A stretch of 20,000 nt of DNA from an uncultured virus (IMG/VR IMGVR_UViG_3300002231_000753) (IMGVR_UViG_3300002231_000753:56094-76093), one strand, 5' to 3'. Positions 7,890-15,843 are shown, counted from the first letter of the stretch. Notes: generated by a model from the letters alone, not told the origin. Numbers and translations are program-made.

Positions 7890-8873
7890 TTAACTGAGTG
7901 CATATTCGGCATCTTTCATAGCTTTTCCAAGATCATTGGATAACTTTTGAACAGTTAGAGAAGTATTACCAGTGATTTGACGAAGTATTGATTGCAGTAA
8001 ATCAGACTCAGCTATCTCAATTAAGATATCTAAATAGGTCTGTCTAACAGCTTGCATGTTATTGGGGTGTGCTAGGAAGTTGTCATGGATCGTCAGCAGG
8101 TTAAATCTACATCTTCGAACCATTTCCCTACACACATATGCGTCCACTGAGTGGGTCACATTGGCCGGCAGAGAGACACCATACTTACTGGTACCAATGA
8201 CGTCCATCTGATAGGTAAATGTAGCCTTATCGAGCTCAGCTACCTCTATCTTCTTCTTCACCGGTACCATCACATCACAACGTACATAATGGCCGTCAGG
8301 CATGTACCATTCATGATATGGAGCATTTGGATTCCAACATGACTGAATGTCTTCCATGGCTTCACAAGCCCCTGGTAAGTCATCCTTGAGCGTCTGATAG
8401 AATGCATCTAACTCAGGGGTATCTTCACCGAATACAGCCTTTGGTTCAGCCTTAGAGTTATAAAAGTAAGTCATAATCGGGTGCTTGATCATCTTCCTAC
8501 TAATCTCATGGCCACATAAGTTACTCATGTGTTCAGCAGTCGATTCATATACGTCTTCACGCTTACCGGTATTGATTAGATTTACTTTAGCAGCTGTCTT
8601 GTGACACCCGGACAAACACGCCAACAACTGGATACCAGAAGCAGTAGCATCTAACCCCATAAGATGGCCAGAAGGACGATTCTCTTTAGCATCTTGATAA
8701 GCGTTCATTGCTTTAGCTAATAACTCGGGTTCATCAGCATCTGCTTGATCGGTTTTAATAGTACCTGATCTAACCCAAGCCAATCTTTCTGACCAAGTTT
8801 TCTTATCTAATCCATTACCATAGTTATTAGCAATATCAATTTCTAAATATTCTAGACCCGTAAGTTGTATCAT
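7890..8873 (-). CDS. N4-like RNA polymerase II, subunit 2 (catalytic half of a T7-type RNAP)
   Basis: IDIANNYG-x-x-LDK, motif A GLDATASGIQ, motif B RKMIKHPIMTYFY, NVTHSVDA, motif C TIHDNF. Confidence 0.93.
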   Translation of the reverse strand: MIQLTGLEYLEIDIANNYGNGLDKKTWSERLAWVRSGTIKTDQADADEPELLAKAMNAYQDAKENRPSGHLMGLDATASGIQLLACLSGCHKTAAKVNLINTGKREDVYESTAEHMSNLCGHEISRKMIKHPIMTYFYNSKAEPKAVFGEDTPELDAFYQTLKDDLPGACEAMEDIQSCWNPNAPYHEWYMPDGHYVRCDVMVPVKKKIEVAELDKATFTYQMDVIGTSKYGVSLPANVTHSVDAYVCREMVRRCRFNLLTIHDNFLAHPNNMQAVRQTYLDILIEIAESDLLQSILRQITGNTSLTVQKLSNDLGKAMKDAEYALS

Positions 8874-8875
8874 GA

Positions 8876-9064
8876 TTATTCCTCAGCGTGATTCATATCA
8901 AAACTCTTAATGAACTTATCATCTTTAAATGAATGTACGTTCATACAGTTAGCTTCATCTGGATCTAACATATATTCATGAGCTTTCTCGGCTGCTTCTT
9001 CTGGAGTATCTGCTGTCACTTGGATTAACCATTTAATAGTGAACTCTTTTGGTGTATCACTCAT
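8876..9064 (-). CDS. Small hypothetical protein between the RNAP subunits
   Basis: 62 aa with a V-x-A-D-T-P-E-E-A motif, translationally coupled (ATGA) to the upstream gene. Confidence 0.7.
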   Translation of the reverse strand: MSDTPKEFTIKWLIQVTADTPEEAAEKAHEYMLDPDEANCMNVHSFKDDKFIKSFDMNHAEE

Positions 9065-9981
9065 AACGTTTCCTTAATGCGTTCTTGTACAGCTAAGTTG
9101 AGCATTGCTTTCTTATAGCTATTACCTTGAATATTTACTTGATAACCTTGTGAGTACATTCTGCCTCTGAAGTCATATTTCCAACTAAACCAAAACTCAT
9201 TATCATTATTTAATAACAAGCTAACTATATGTTTAGTGCCCAATACCATACGATTGAAGTTATTCTTCTTTTCAATGGAATCGAGCGGCTTCTTAGATTT
9301 CTCAACAAAGTTATTAATAACGTATTCATCGATGGTTAGAGGAACAGCATTTAACTTATTGATTACATCAGTACTCAAGCATTTATTATGTTTGGTTTGC
9401 TTACCTAACAACAGGTGATCTCTTTCTTTAGCAAGATAAGCAGAATCAGTATTCCTATGTATTTCTAATGGTTCACAAATCAATGGAGGTAAGTAGCAAG
9501 TATTCTGAATGAACTGTTTAACATCATTATCAAACTGATAATTGCTCTTAACTAAGATACCGCCAGTAGGACTATCCTTTGAAGGAATGATCTCATAGAT
9601 ACTACATGGTTCAAGTACAGCAATTAATTCAGCCATAGTCTTGATACCATCAAATGGATCTTCATATTTTATCTTCTTAGCTAACTTGCCAACCACACTT
9701 TGAATAGTTTGAGTGTTACCGGACTCCATAATTGATATGAATATATCTGCTACTAACTCATCTAATTTATCGATGTATTTATATAGAAGATCAGTAACTC
9801 TTATGGTTTTACTATTGTGATAGGTGTTACGGATATTAATGTAGTGACTAATAAAGTGTACTCCTTTATCTACAGCTTCCTTAAACAGTGGATACTTTTC
9901 CATATTCATTATGATCACATGTTTAATCTGATCTTTAGAATATGTATTTTCAATACAAACTTGCTCTAGCCGTTTTAACAT
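9061..9981 (-). CDS. N4-like RNA polymerase II, subunit 1
   Basis: YLPPLICEP, then KYDFRGRMYSQGYQVNIQGNSYKKA (DxRGRxY motif of T7-type RNAPs). Adjacent to subunit 2. Confidence 0.92.
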   Translation of the reverse strand: MLKRLEQVCIENTYSKDQIKHVIIMNMEKYPLFKEAVDKGVHFISHYINIRNTYHNSKTIRVTDLLYKYIDKLDELVADIFISIMESGNTQTIQSVVGKLAKKIKYEDPFDGIKTMAELIAVLEPCSIYEIIPSKDSPTGGILVKSNYQFDNDVKQFIQNTCYLPPLICEPLEIHRNTDSAYLAKERDHLLLGKQTKHNKCLSTDVINKLNAVPLTIDEYVINNFVEKSKKPLDSIEKKNNFNRMVLGTKHIVSLLLNNDNEFWFSWKYDFRGRMYSQGYQVNIQGNSYKKAMLNLAVQERIKETL

Positions 9982-9983
9982 TT

Positions 9984-10181
9984 CTACTCTCCCGAGTTTT
10001 GTTCTAGACCCAATCGATATGCTTGATGTATTAAACTATTTATTTCATGTTTTAACTGTTGACGAGTTTCTTCATATGCAGCAGCATTTTTAGCTGCATA
10101 AGCTTCTACTGTAGAAGTTATGTTACGATTAATTGTATTCATATCTGTATCTTCTAATTCCAATTTAGCTACCACTTTCAT
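9984..10181 (-). CDS. Hypothetical protein
   Basis: 65 aa ORF in a tightly packed operon, AGGAG RBS. Confidence 0.65.
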   Translation of the reverse strand: MKVVAKLELEDTDMNTINRNITSTVEAYAAKNAAAYEETRQQLKHEINSLIHQAYRLGLEQNSGE

Positions 10182-10389
10182 CTGATATCTCCTTTCTTAA
10201 TCCATTTGTTATGAATTGCTGATATTGAGGGAATGTCCAAAAATTTTGTATTACAGGTAGAGGAGTATCTTTACTAACTACAAGATATTCTTCAGTTGGT
10301 TTGGTAAATGTGCCGTTAGTAATCTTGAAGTACTTACCTGACTTAAGTAATACATATTCTTTCTTTGCTAACTTATTATCGGTAGTCAC
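10165..10389 (-). CDS. Hypothetical protein
   Basis: 74 aa, GTG start with GAGG RBS. Confidence 0.6.
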   Translation of the reverse strand: MTTDNKLAKKEYVLLKSGKYFKITNGTFTKPTEEYLVVSKDTPLPVIQNFWTFPQYQQFITNGLRKEISDESGS

Positions 10390-10547
10390 GGTACTTCCTC
10401 ATAAGCAATACATTTAGGTTCAGTAGTAACAGGAACAGGAATGAATAATGCAACAGCAAGTACCAGTAATACTCCTAACGATAGAGAGATAATTAAAATA
10501 TTCTCCTCAATAGTATCAGACAAATCTTCAGGTATTTTCCATTTCAT
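10386..10547 (-). CDS. Small single-TM membrane protein (53 aa, not in track)
   Basis: MKWKIPEDLSDTIEENILIISLSLGVLLVLAVALFIPVPVTTEPKCIAYEEVP*. Fills the gap with overlapping start/stop codons. Confidence 0.65.
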   Translation of the reverse strand: MKWKIPEDLSDTIEENILIISLSLGVLLVLAVALFIPVPVTTEPKCIAYEEVP

Positions 10548-10729
10548 TACTTACATTCCTCTTCAGTTTCACAGTATTTAAATACTAACGTTGGTTGAGG
10601 TTCTTCAGCTTTACATCTAACTTGAATGTGCTGAGTAACTGGTGGAGTGTAGATATCATTTATTAATGGATCATCTCCAATAACAATGCCTACACCTAAA
10701 GCCATAACTATAATCATTAATATTTCCAT
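10547..10729 (-). CDS. Small membrane/secreted protein
   Basis: Hydrophobic N-terminus MEILMIIVMALGVGIVIG. Confidence 0.6.
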   Translation of the reverse strand: MEILMIIVMALGVGIVIGDDPLINDIYTPPVTQHIQVRCKAEEPQPTLVFKYCETEEECK

Positions 10730-10932
10730 GAATCTATCTCCTGTTGTGTTGGTAAAGCGTCATCGAATTCTCCATCCATAAATGCTTGGAGTACTACGTT
10801 ATCTTGTTGACATGATGCTAGTTTGTTTTCAGTAGATCGCATACTCAATCCAGCTAGTATTATCATGACTAATCCCAGCATGATTGCTATGAATGCTGAG
10901 AGTACTACTCTTACCTCTGATTTATCTATCAT
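10717..10932 (-). CDS. Small single-TM membrane protein
   Basis: VVLSAFIAIMLGLVMIILAGL. Confidence 0.65.
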   Translation of the reverse strand: MIDKSEVRVVLSAFIAIMLGLVMIILAGLSMRSTENKLASCQQDNVVLQAFMDGEFDDALPTQQEIDSWKY

Positions 10933-11348
10933 TTTACTTTCCCTCGTTTTTCTAACAATTGAGATTTAACTATTGCAGTTCTACTTAACATTTTTACATG
11001 TAATGGATTATGTATAGGTGATAAGAATTGAATGTTACTTATATGATGATCAGGATTATCAGAATTTACTGCTATCAACTGACGTATGCTCATTTTAATT
11101 GTATTATCAAATAAGACATACATATCATTACCTGCAAAGCTACCTAAGTAATAAAACCTATCAAAATAACAAGCAAGAGGATTGCCTGGATATAAGATAT
11201 CTGTCTTACTGCCATAGTGCGTTGATAATGCATTTGATTTACGTGACTTAAACCATTTTTTAATGTCACGACTAAACAAATCTATTACAAACAATAGAGA
11301 TATTACTGTAGCTATTTCTATTACAATCATTATTGATGTTGTGAACAT
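10929..11348 (-). CDS. Membrane-anchored hypothetical protein
   Basis: N-terminal hydrophobic segment, AGGAG RBS. Confidence 0.65.
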   Translation of the reverse strand: MFTTSIMIVIEIATVISLLFVIDLFSRDIKKWFKSRKSNALSTHYGSKTDILYPGNPLACYFDRFYYLGSFAGNDMYVLFDNTIKMSIRQLIAVNSDNPDHHISNIQFLSPIHNPLHVKMLSRTAIVKSQLLEKRGKVK

Positions 11349-11350
11349 AA

Positions 11351-11743
11351 TTATTCTCCTTTAATTGATTTATGTAATTCATCTGCAATCAACCCACAGA
11401 GTTCTTTACGTCTACGCCCATACTCATTCTTCCACATTGGAACATAGCTAACATAAAATGCTGATTTATGGTTGTATTCATTTTTAGGATAAGCAATGGG
11501 ATATGTCCTATCACCACTGAAATGTTTCCAAGTTCTGGCTATAGTTGCTATGGCAGCATCTATTATGTGATAACAATGTGCGTAGAGATCTTCATTGTTC
11601 TCATGCTCCATATACACGAAACTTTCTATAGCACCACACATTCCATAACCTATATCAACGTATTTAGGAATATCTCCATTACTAAGCTTACGAAGGAATA
11701 TACTTATTCCTTTTATTAATTTAACTTCATCTTCTCTAGTCAC
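11351..11743 (-). CDS. Phage hypothetical protein
   Basis: 130 aa with G-x-C ... W-x-x-FSG-x-x-x-YP ... W-x-x-EYG-x-x-R-x-x-L pattern recalled from phage early proteins. Confidence 0.7.
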   Translation of the reverse strand: MTREDEVKLIKGISIFLRKLSNGDIPKYVDIGYGMCGAIESFVYMEHENNEDLYAHCYHIIDAAIATIARTWKHFSGDRTYPIAYPKNEYNHKSAFYVSYVPMWKNEYGRRRKELCGLIADELHKSIKGE

Positions 11744-11768
11744 GGCTATTTCCTTAAAATGATTTGGT

Positions 11769-12107
11769 TTAAATTTCTATCTTAGGCATGTTGCCTATTT
11801 TATTAATGTAATAGGTAACACGTTCATGGGATAAATGGCCAAGCACAGTGTCATACCTATCTCCTTCATCAAATACATCTGGATTATCAGGCATTATTTC
11901 AAATAAGCCTCTGTCTCCTCCATAGGTATGTTGACCTCGAATGACTGATACGTTGTGCCCGTTGTTAAACTCAATAAACACTCTCGCTATATAGTATTCG
12001 TTAGAAGGATTTTTTTCATTTGAGTTATTTCTAATTGATTTAATTAAACCTAAATTTATAGGTCCTTTAATGTGACTAAGAATTTCATTCTTCTTAACTG
12101 TATCCAT
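11769..12107 (-). CDS. Conserved phage hypothetical protein
   Basis: F-x-NG-x-x-x-SV...YGG-x-x-GLFE...V-x-G-x-L pattern. Confidence 0.7.
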   Translation of the reverse strand: MDTVKKNEILSHIKGPINLGLIKSIRNNSNEKNPSNEYYIARVFIEFNNGHNVSVIRGQHTYGGDRGLFEIMPDNPDVFDEGDRYDTVLGHLSHERVTYYINKIGNMPKIEI

Positions 12108-12109
12108 AA

Positions 12110-12277
12110 TTAAAATGCCTTGGTTTCAGAATAGAATGTAGGATTGATACCAAGTGTACTCATCAATCTTGATGTACCAGTACTCCAATTAATATCTAAG
12201 TAATACGTATCAGTTTTCAAGAATGAATAACTGAAATCAGTCCTACTACCTATGTGTTGTATGATGTTATCAAACAT
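12110..12277 (-). CDS. Hypothetical protein (55 aa, not in track)
   Basis: MFDNIIQHIGSRTDFSYSFLKTDTYYLDINWSTGTSRLMSTLGINPTFYSETKAF*, AGGAG RBS, fills an operon gap. Confidence 0.55.
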   Translation of the reverse strand: MFDNIIQHIGSRTDFSYSFLKTDTYYLDINWSTGTSRLMSTLGINPTFYSETKAF

Positions 12278-12279
12278 GA

Positions 12280-12498
12280 TTACTCCTTATTATTTAATGC
12301 AGGTAAGCAATTCTTTTCAGTAATATTAACCATTCCAACTTGATCTCTTTCACCGTTGTTTGCTCTTACTGCACACCATCCTAACGGTTTAGGGTTACGC
12401 GTAATTGAATCGGTTTTCTGGGCTGCTTCTAATTGGGTAGTTGCTTTTATTGCATAAGTTTTAGTTACATAAAACAGTTGCTCAGCTTCTTCAGACAT
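12280..12498 (-). CDS. Hypothetical protein
   Basis: 72 aa, GGAG RBS. Confidence 0.65.
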   Translation of the reverse strand: MSEEAEQLFYVTKTYAIKATTQLEAAQKTDSITRNPKPLGWCAVRANNGERDQVGMVNITEKNCLPALNNKE

Positions 12499-12500
12499 GA

Positions 12501-12803
12501 TTACTCTCCATGATCCAAATAAGGTCCATCAAGTTTAAGTGCTAGTTTCTGAATGCTTTCACTTTTAGGTAAATCAACAACGCGTTTAATTACATCATGC
12601 GTGTAATCAATACGTGAGTCAGTTACTTTAGTTGATTTATTGAGTTCAAGATGAGCCCAGTATTGTCCATCACTGGTACGTGATACTTCTACGTGACCGC
12701 CAGGAAACTTAATAATTCCTGTTGATGGTTCAGGACTAGATTTATTTCCTTTAAACAGTACTGTAACTGCATCTTGACTGTGTACTACCTTAGCGCGTGC
12801 CAT
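12501..12803 (-). CDS. Hypothetical protein
   Basis: 100 aa, GGAG RBS, IIKFPGGHVEVSRTSDGQYWAH. Confidence 0.7.
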   Translation of the reverse strand: MARAKVVHSQDAVTVLFKGNKSSPEPSTGIIKFPGGHVEVSRTSDGQYWAHLELNKSTKVTDSRIDYTHDVIKRVVDLPKSESIQKLALKLDGPYLDHGE

Positions 12804-12816
12804 AGTAATTACTCCG

Positions 12817-13047
12817 CTATATATTAATATTTAATGAGTGAATGGATTGTCTTTGTCCTAAGTCATACTCCATTTGTGCATCGATTATTGTTTCAAATGC
12901 TTTGTACTGATCTTTAAATAAGAAATAGTCTTTACTTTCTGTGTACTCAACTACATCAGCATAACCATGACCCATGATAATCATGTTAGCGATATGAGCT
13001 TTGATGACTCGATCCTTATCAGGATTTATAAAGTTAATTAGATTCAT
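12817..13047 (-). CDS. Hypothetical protein
   Basis: 76 aa ORF with AGGA RBS. Confidence 0.6.
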   Translation of the reverse strand: MNLINFINPDKDRVIKAHIANMIIMGHGYADVVEYTESKDYFLFKDQYKAFETIIDAQMEYDLGQRQSIHSLNINI

Positions 13048-13136
13048 TTTATTAATTCCTAGTTAATATTTATCTGTAAGAGTTGGAATTGATTCCACAT
13101 TTAACAAGTAATTTAAATCTTCTAGTTTTAAGTTCA

Positions 13137-13481
13137 TTAAGCCGTTCCTTTTAATACTTGATTTAAATATTTCTCAGCATGTTTACGTTTGGTGAATACA
13201 TGTAAATGTTCAGGATTATTACGTGGAGAATTATCGTCTTGGATATATAGCGGTGTATTATACCAATGATCTTTATTCCATCGTAATGTCTTGCAATGCC
13301 ATACAGGTTTATCGTTACTGTGATTACTTTTATAGAAAAGATACGGTTTACATAAAGGTTTAAATATATCTATTCTTCCAGTACGCCCATGAGAATTGAT
13401 TATTACTATGTATAAAATTTTACCTTGAATGTATAACTGTTTAGTCTTTTTACTGAGTCCAATCATTACTAACTCCCACAT
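13137..13481 (-). CDS. Hypothetical basic protein
   Basis: 114 aa ORF, start possibly at an internal Met after GGGAG. Confidence 0.6.
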   Translation of the reverse strand: MWELVMIGLSKKTKQLYIQGKILYIVIINSHGRTGRIDIFKPLCKPYLFYKSNHSNDKPVWHCKTLRWNKDHWYNTPLYIQDDNSPRNNPEHLHVFTKRKHAEKYLNQVLKGTA

Positions 13482-13486
13482 ACTAA

Positions 13487-13508
13487 AAGAGCTATCGAAG
13501 TAGCTCTT
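13487..13508 (-). terminator. Intrinsic terminator-like hairpin
   Basis: AAGAGCTA-CTTCGA-TAGCTCTT then TT on the minus strand. Confidence 0.55.
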
Positions 13509-13530
13509 ATTAATAGAGATATTTATTAAG

Positions 13531-13800
13531 TTACTGTTTCCTTTCTATTGCATAGAAAGCTTGCAAATAACGTAGACCTACCATGTGATTGAATGTATTG
13601 GCTAATGCATTGGAACCACTAAATTCAAACACTGTTTCTTTCTGTACTTTTAACTCTCCTGAATGTTTATCCTCACAACGTGGAATACGTGTTACTACTT
13701 CAAACTCATGATCACCATTGGCTTCGTCTAAAAGTATTTGCTTGGCTTCTACGAGTATTGAATTTAAGTCTACACATTCTTCAGGCATTACTGTTTTCAT
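13531..13800 (-). CDS. Hypothetical early protein
   Basis: Track ORF 13531..13848. Likely start MKTVMPEE at 13800, downstream of a terminator-like hairpin at ~13829-13846. Confidence 0.6.
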   Translation of the reverse strand: MKTVMPEECVDLNSILVEAKQILLDEANGDHEFEVVTRIPRCEDKHSGELKVQKETVFEFSGSNALANTFNHMVGLRYLQAFYAIERKQ

Positions 13801-13860
13801 TGGATTGATCTCGCTAAAAATGAATGTACCCTGCATTAAGCAGGGCACATTCTATTGAGG

Positions 13861-14115
13861 TTAAGCGAACTCTAAATCTACTGACTCTTCTTCTACTGAA
13901 GCAGTTAGTTGTACTGAACCTACCAGTTCAAACTCGATTTCTTCATTAGCACTGTGAGCATTGATTAGACTGCGATCTATTTGCTTGTTGATATACAGTG
14001 CAATACCACGAGGAATTCTACGGGTTGAACCATCTTTCATCTTGATAGCAAGATTCAAGTAAGCATCAGGACGTTGATTGTTGTTCGTTGCAGTTTGGTT
14101 GTTTGCATTAAGCAT
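13861..14115 (-). CDS. Drc / N4 gp2-like ssDNA-binding RNAP II cofactor
   Basis: N/Q/T-rich N-terminus, AYLN-L-x-I-x-x-KDG-x-x-R-x-I-x-x-GI-x-L motif and acidic tail ending LEFA resemble Drc-type proteins. It is also the second gene of the early region. Confidence 0.65.
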   Translation of the reverse strand: MLNANNQTATNNNQRPDAYLNLAIKMKDGSTRRIPRGIALYINKQIDRSLINAHSANEEIEFELVGSVQLTASVEEESVDLEFA

Positions 14116-14167
14116 GATGTTTCTCCAATAAAGTTGATTTGAATAAGGCTGAATGCCCTATCTGCCA

Positions 14168-14182
14168 TATGCGCGCTAGCGC
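14168..14182 (-). promoter_or_regulatory. Candidate virion-RNAP hairpin promoter (hairpin on the + template strand)
   Basis: TAT-GCGC-GCTA-GCGC upstream of the Drc-like gene, with a matching copy at 14567..14581. Confidence 0.55.
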
Positions 14183-14305
14183 CCAACCGATACCAACCCG
14201 AACAACAGGAGTACTACGAGTAAAAGAAATCTTTCTAGTGGTACTATCTTAGAAAAGTGTGGTGTTTGTGTGTGCTTGTTTGTGTGCTTTTGGGTTAAAA
14301 AGAAT

Positions 14306-14326
14306 GACCCCACATATAGTGGGGTC
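14306..14326 (-). terminator. Intrinsic terminator after the first early gene
   Basis: GACCCCAC-N5-GTGGGGTC followed by ATTCTTTTT on the minus strand. Confidence 0.65.
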
Positions 14327-14335
14327 TTAGAAGTA

Positions 14336-14524
14336 TTAATCAGAGGCTAATTCTTCTTTGAGTTCTTTGAGTCGAGACTTAGCTTCAAGGTCTTGTTCTT
14401 TAAGTGCTATTTCAGTTTCGTTGAGTAGCATTTCTGTGCTGTTCTCCAATGAGCCAAGTATATTGTCAATTGAGTTTAAGCTTCTATCTAGTGAGTCCAT
14501 GAGATGACGCCATAGTTTCTTCAT
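14336..14524 (-). CDS. First early gene (gp1 position), 62 aa helical protein
   Basis: MKKLWRHLMDSLDRSLNSIDNILGSLENSTEML..., AAGG RBS. The track's upstream extension to 14749 crosses promoter and terminus signals and is unlikely. Confidence 0.65.
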   Translation of the reverse strand: MKKLWRHLMDSLDRSLNSIDNILGSLENSTEMLLNETEIALKEQDLEAKSRLKELKEELASD

Positions 14525-14566
14525 AGTGATGTACCTTTGGTTGATTGAGGATGAATGTATCCATTG

Positions 14567-14581
14567 TATGTGCGCTAGCAC
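14567..14581 (-). promoter_or_regulatory. Candidate virion-RNAP hairpin promoter
   Basis: TAT-GTGC-GCTA-GCAC, a compensatory stem change relative to 14168..14182. Confidence 0.55.
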
Positions 14582-14715
14582 TGGTAGTTGCCAGAGGTTG
14601 GAGAGGACTGAGGATTCAAATAGGGGGGGGAGTCTTTTAGTTTTTAGTTCCGTCCAATACAGTACTGAACTCATACGTAATTTTAAAAATCTGAAAAACC
14701 TGAATTCTGAGAACG

Positions 14716-14731
14716 TGTTCCACGTGGAACA
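14716..14731. promoter_or_regulatory. parS: parS-like perfect 16-bp palindrome TGTTCCACGTGGAACA
   Basis: Matches the chromosomal ParB-binding consensus TGTTNCACGTGNAACA. Confidence 0.7.
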
Positions 14732-15042
14732 TACATGATGTAAATTCACTTTACTATCTTATGATTTTGGTTTGAGATGGTTTATATGCTATTGGTTAAT
14801 TATTACCCATAATCTGAGAGCCCTACAATCGCTCTGTATAGGTCGACAGAGAATACTTACGTGATAGGAACGAGAGAATGTTATTTAACTAGCTGAAGCC
14901 ACTGTAGGCGTAACGCAGTGAAGCCTATCCCTGTGGCTGAAGATAGGTGAATAACATGAATGAGTGACGCATTACGTAAGTATTATTTGGAGATCTATAT
15001 AATATTTTAAAAACTATACTTAATACTCAAATAATATGTGAA

Positions 15043-15348
15043 ATGGAGAAATGTATGTCTGTACTTAGAACTGTTAAAGATAGCCCTGGTACGTTTTTAT
15101 TTAACTGCCCTGGTTGTAATAGAGTCCATCAAATATGGACTAACAAAGATACCTCACCGAATAGCAATGTAACTTGGGGATTTAATGGTGATATGAATAA
15201 GCCAACGTTTACTCCCTCTCTGTTGGTTAAATGGGGTAGGGAATATGTTTGCCATAGTTTTATTAGAGATGGTAATTGGGAGTTCTTAGGTGACTGTACC
15301 CACAAGCTAGCGGGTAAAACTATTCCTATGGAACAGGTTGACACTTAA
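15043..15348 (+). CDS. DUF6527-like Cys/His protein
   Basis: FNCPGC-x-x-x-H ... W-x-FNGD-x-x-KPTFTPS ... CHSFIRDG-x-W-x-FL-x-DCTH-x-LAG. Confidence 0.7.
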   Translation: MEKCMSVLRTVKDSPGTFLFNCPGCNRVHQIWTNKDTSPNSNVTWGFNGDMNKPTFTPSLLVKWGREYVCHSFIRDGNWEFLGDCTHKLAGKTIPMEQVDT

Positions 15349-15429
15349 TCCATATTTACTGATACTTGGGGTGTCGAAATTTAGGTACACCCAAAAGACT
15401 GACCCCTCCAGTAGCTTAAACTGCTGGAA

Positions 15430-15705
15430 CTAAGCCCCAGCGTCAACTGGGGTTTTTTTATGCCCAGATTCTGTACCGTTGATTACTCCCGTAGAATCTT
15501 TTGGGTGTAAGCACCATTCCAAACTATTTAAAGTATCTGCATCCACTGCAGGATTTACTGTTATACCTATGGGTCGATCGTTCTTCCATTTCCTCGGTAT
15601 GAACTGCCCATATCTTAGATCCATCAAACTAACTGGATCGTACGTTCTTACCATTCCATTTGCATAACGTAATTCGTAATAGTATTTAGCATCTTCTGGT
15701 GCCAT
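15430..15705 (-). CDS. Hypothetical protein downstream of the tRNAs (possibly a 5'-truncated fragment)
   Basis: 91 aa ORF. The frame stays open upstream to the tRNA-Gln 3' end and there is no clear RBS. Confidence 0.45.
   Translation of the reverse strand: MAPEDAKYYYELRYANGMVRTYDPVSLMDLRYGQFIPRKWKNDRPIGITVNPAVDADTLNSLEWCLHPKDSTGVINGTESGHKKTPVDAGA
15433..15459 (+). terminator. Intrinsic terminator
   Basis: AGCCCCAG-CGTCAA-CTGGGGTT followed by a T run. Confidence 0.7.
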
Positions 15706-15761
15706 TGGACTTTCCCACGTATCAATGATGTTTACAGAGATTGTCAGAATAGCATGGAATT

Positions 15762-15835
15762 TGGAAGTGGATACTGGAGTCGAACCAGTATCAAGGGATT
15801 CAAAGGCCCTTGCTTTACCATTAAGCTAATCCACT
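15762..15835 (-). tRNA. tRNA-Gln(TTG)
   Basis: AGTGGAT/ATCCACT acceptor stem, D arm GCTTAATGGTAAAGC, anticodon loop CTTTGAA, T arm ACTGG-TTCGACT-CCAGT, encoded CCA. Confidence 0.9.
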
Positions 15836-15843
15836 ATTAAAAA

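Noticed and set aside
8876..9064. Intron or intein splitting the RNA polymerase
   Set aside because: A two-subunit RNAP II with small intervening ORFs is normal for N4-like phages, and both subunits have their own starts and stops.
1511..11719. Plus-strand track ORFs (1511, 4293, 4557, 5737, 8151, 9236, 11468) and nested 4765..4974
   Set aside because: Shadow ORFs antisense to, or nested in, well-supported minus-strand genes.
14260..14292. Short TTTGTGTG(TG)CTT tandem repeat
   Set aside because: Only two low-complexity copies, no functional inference possible.
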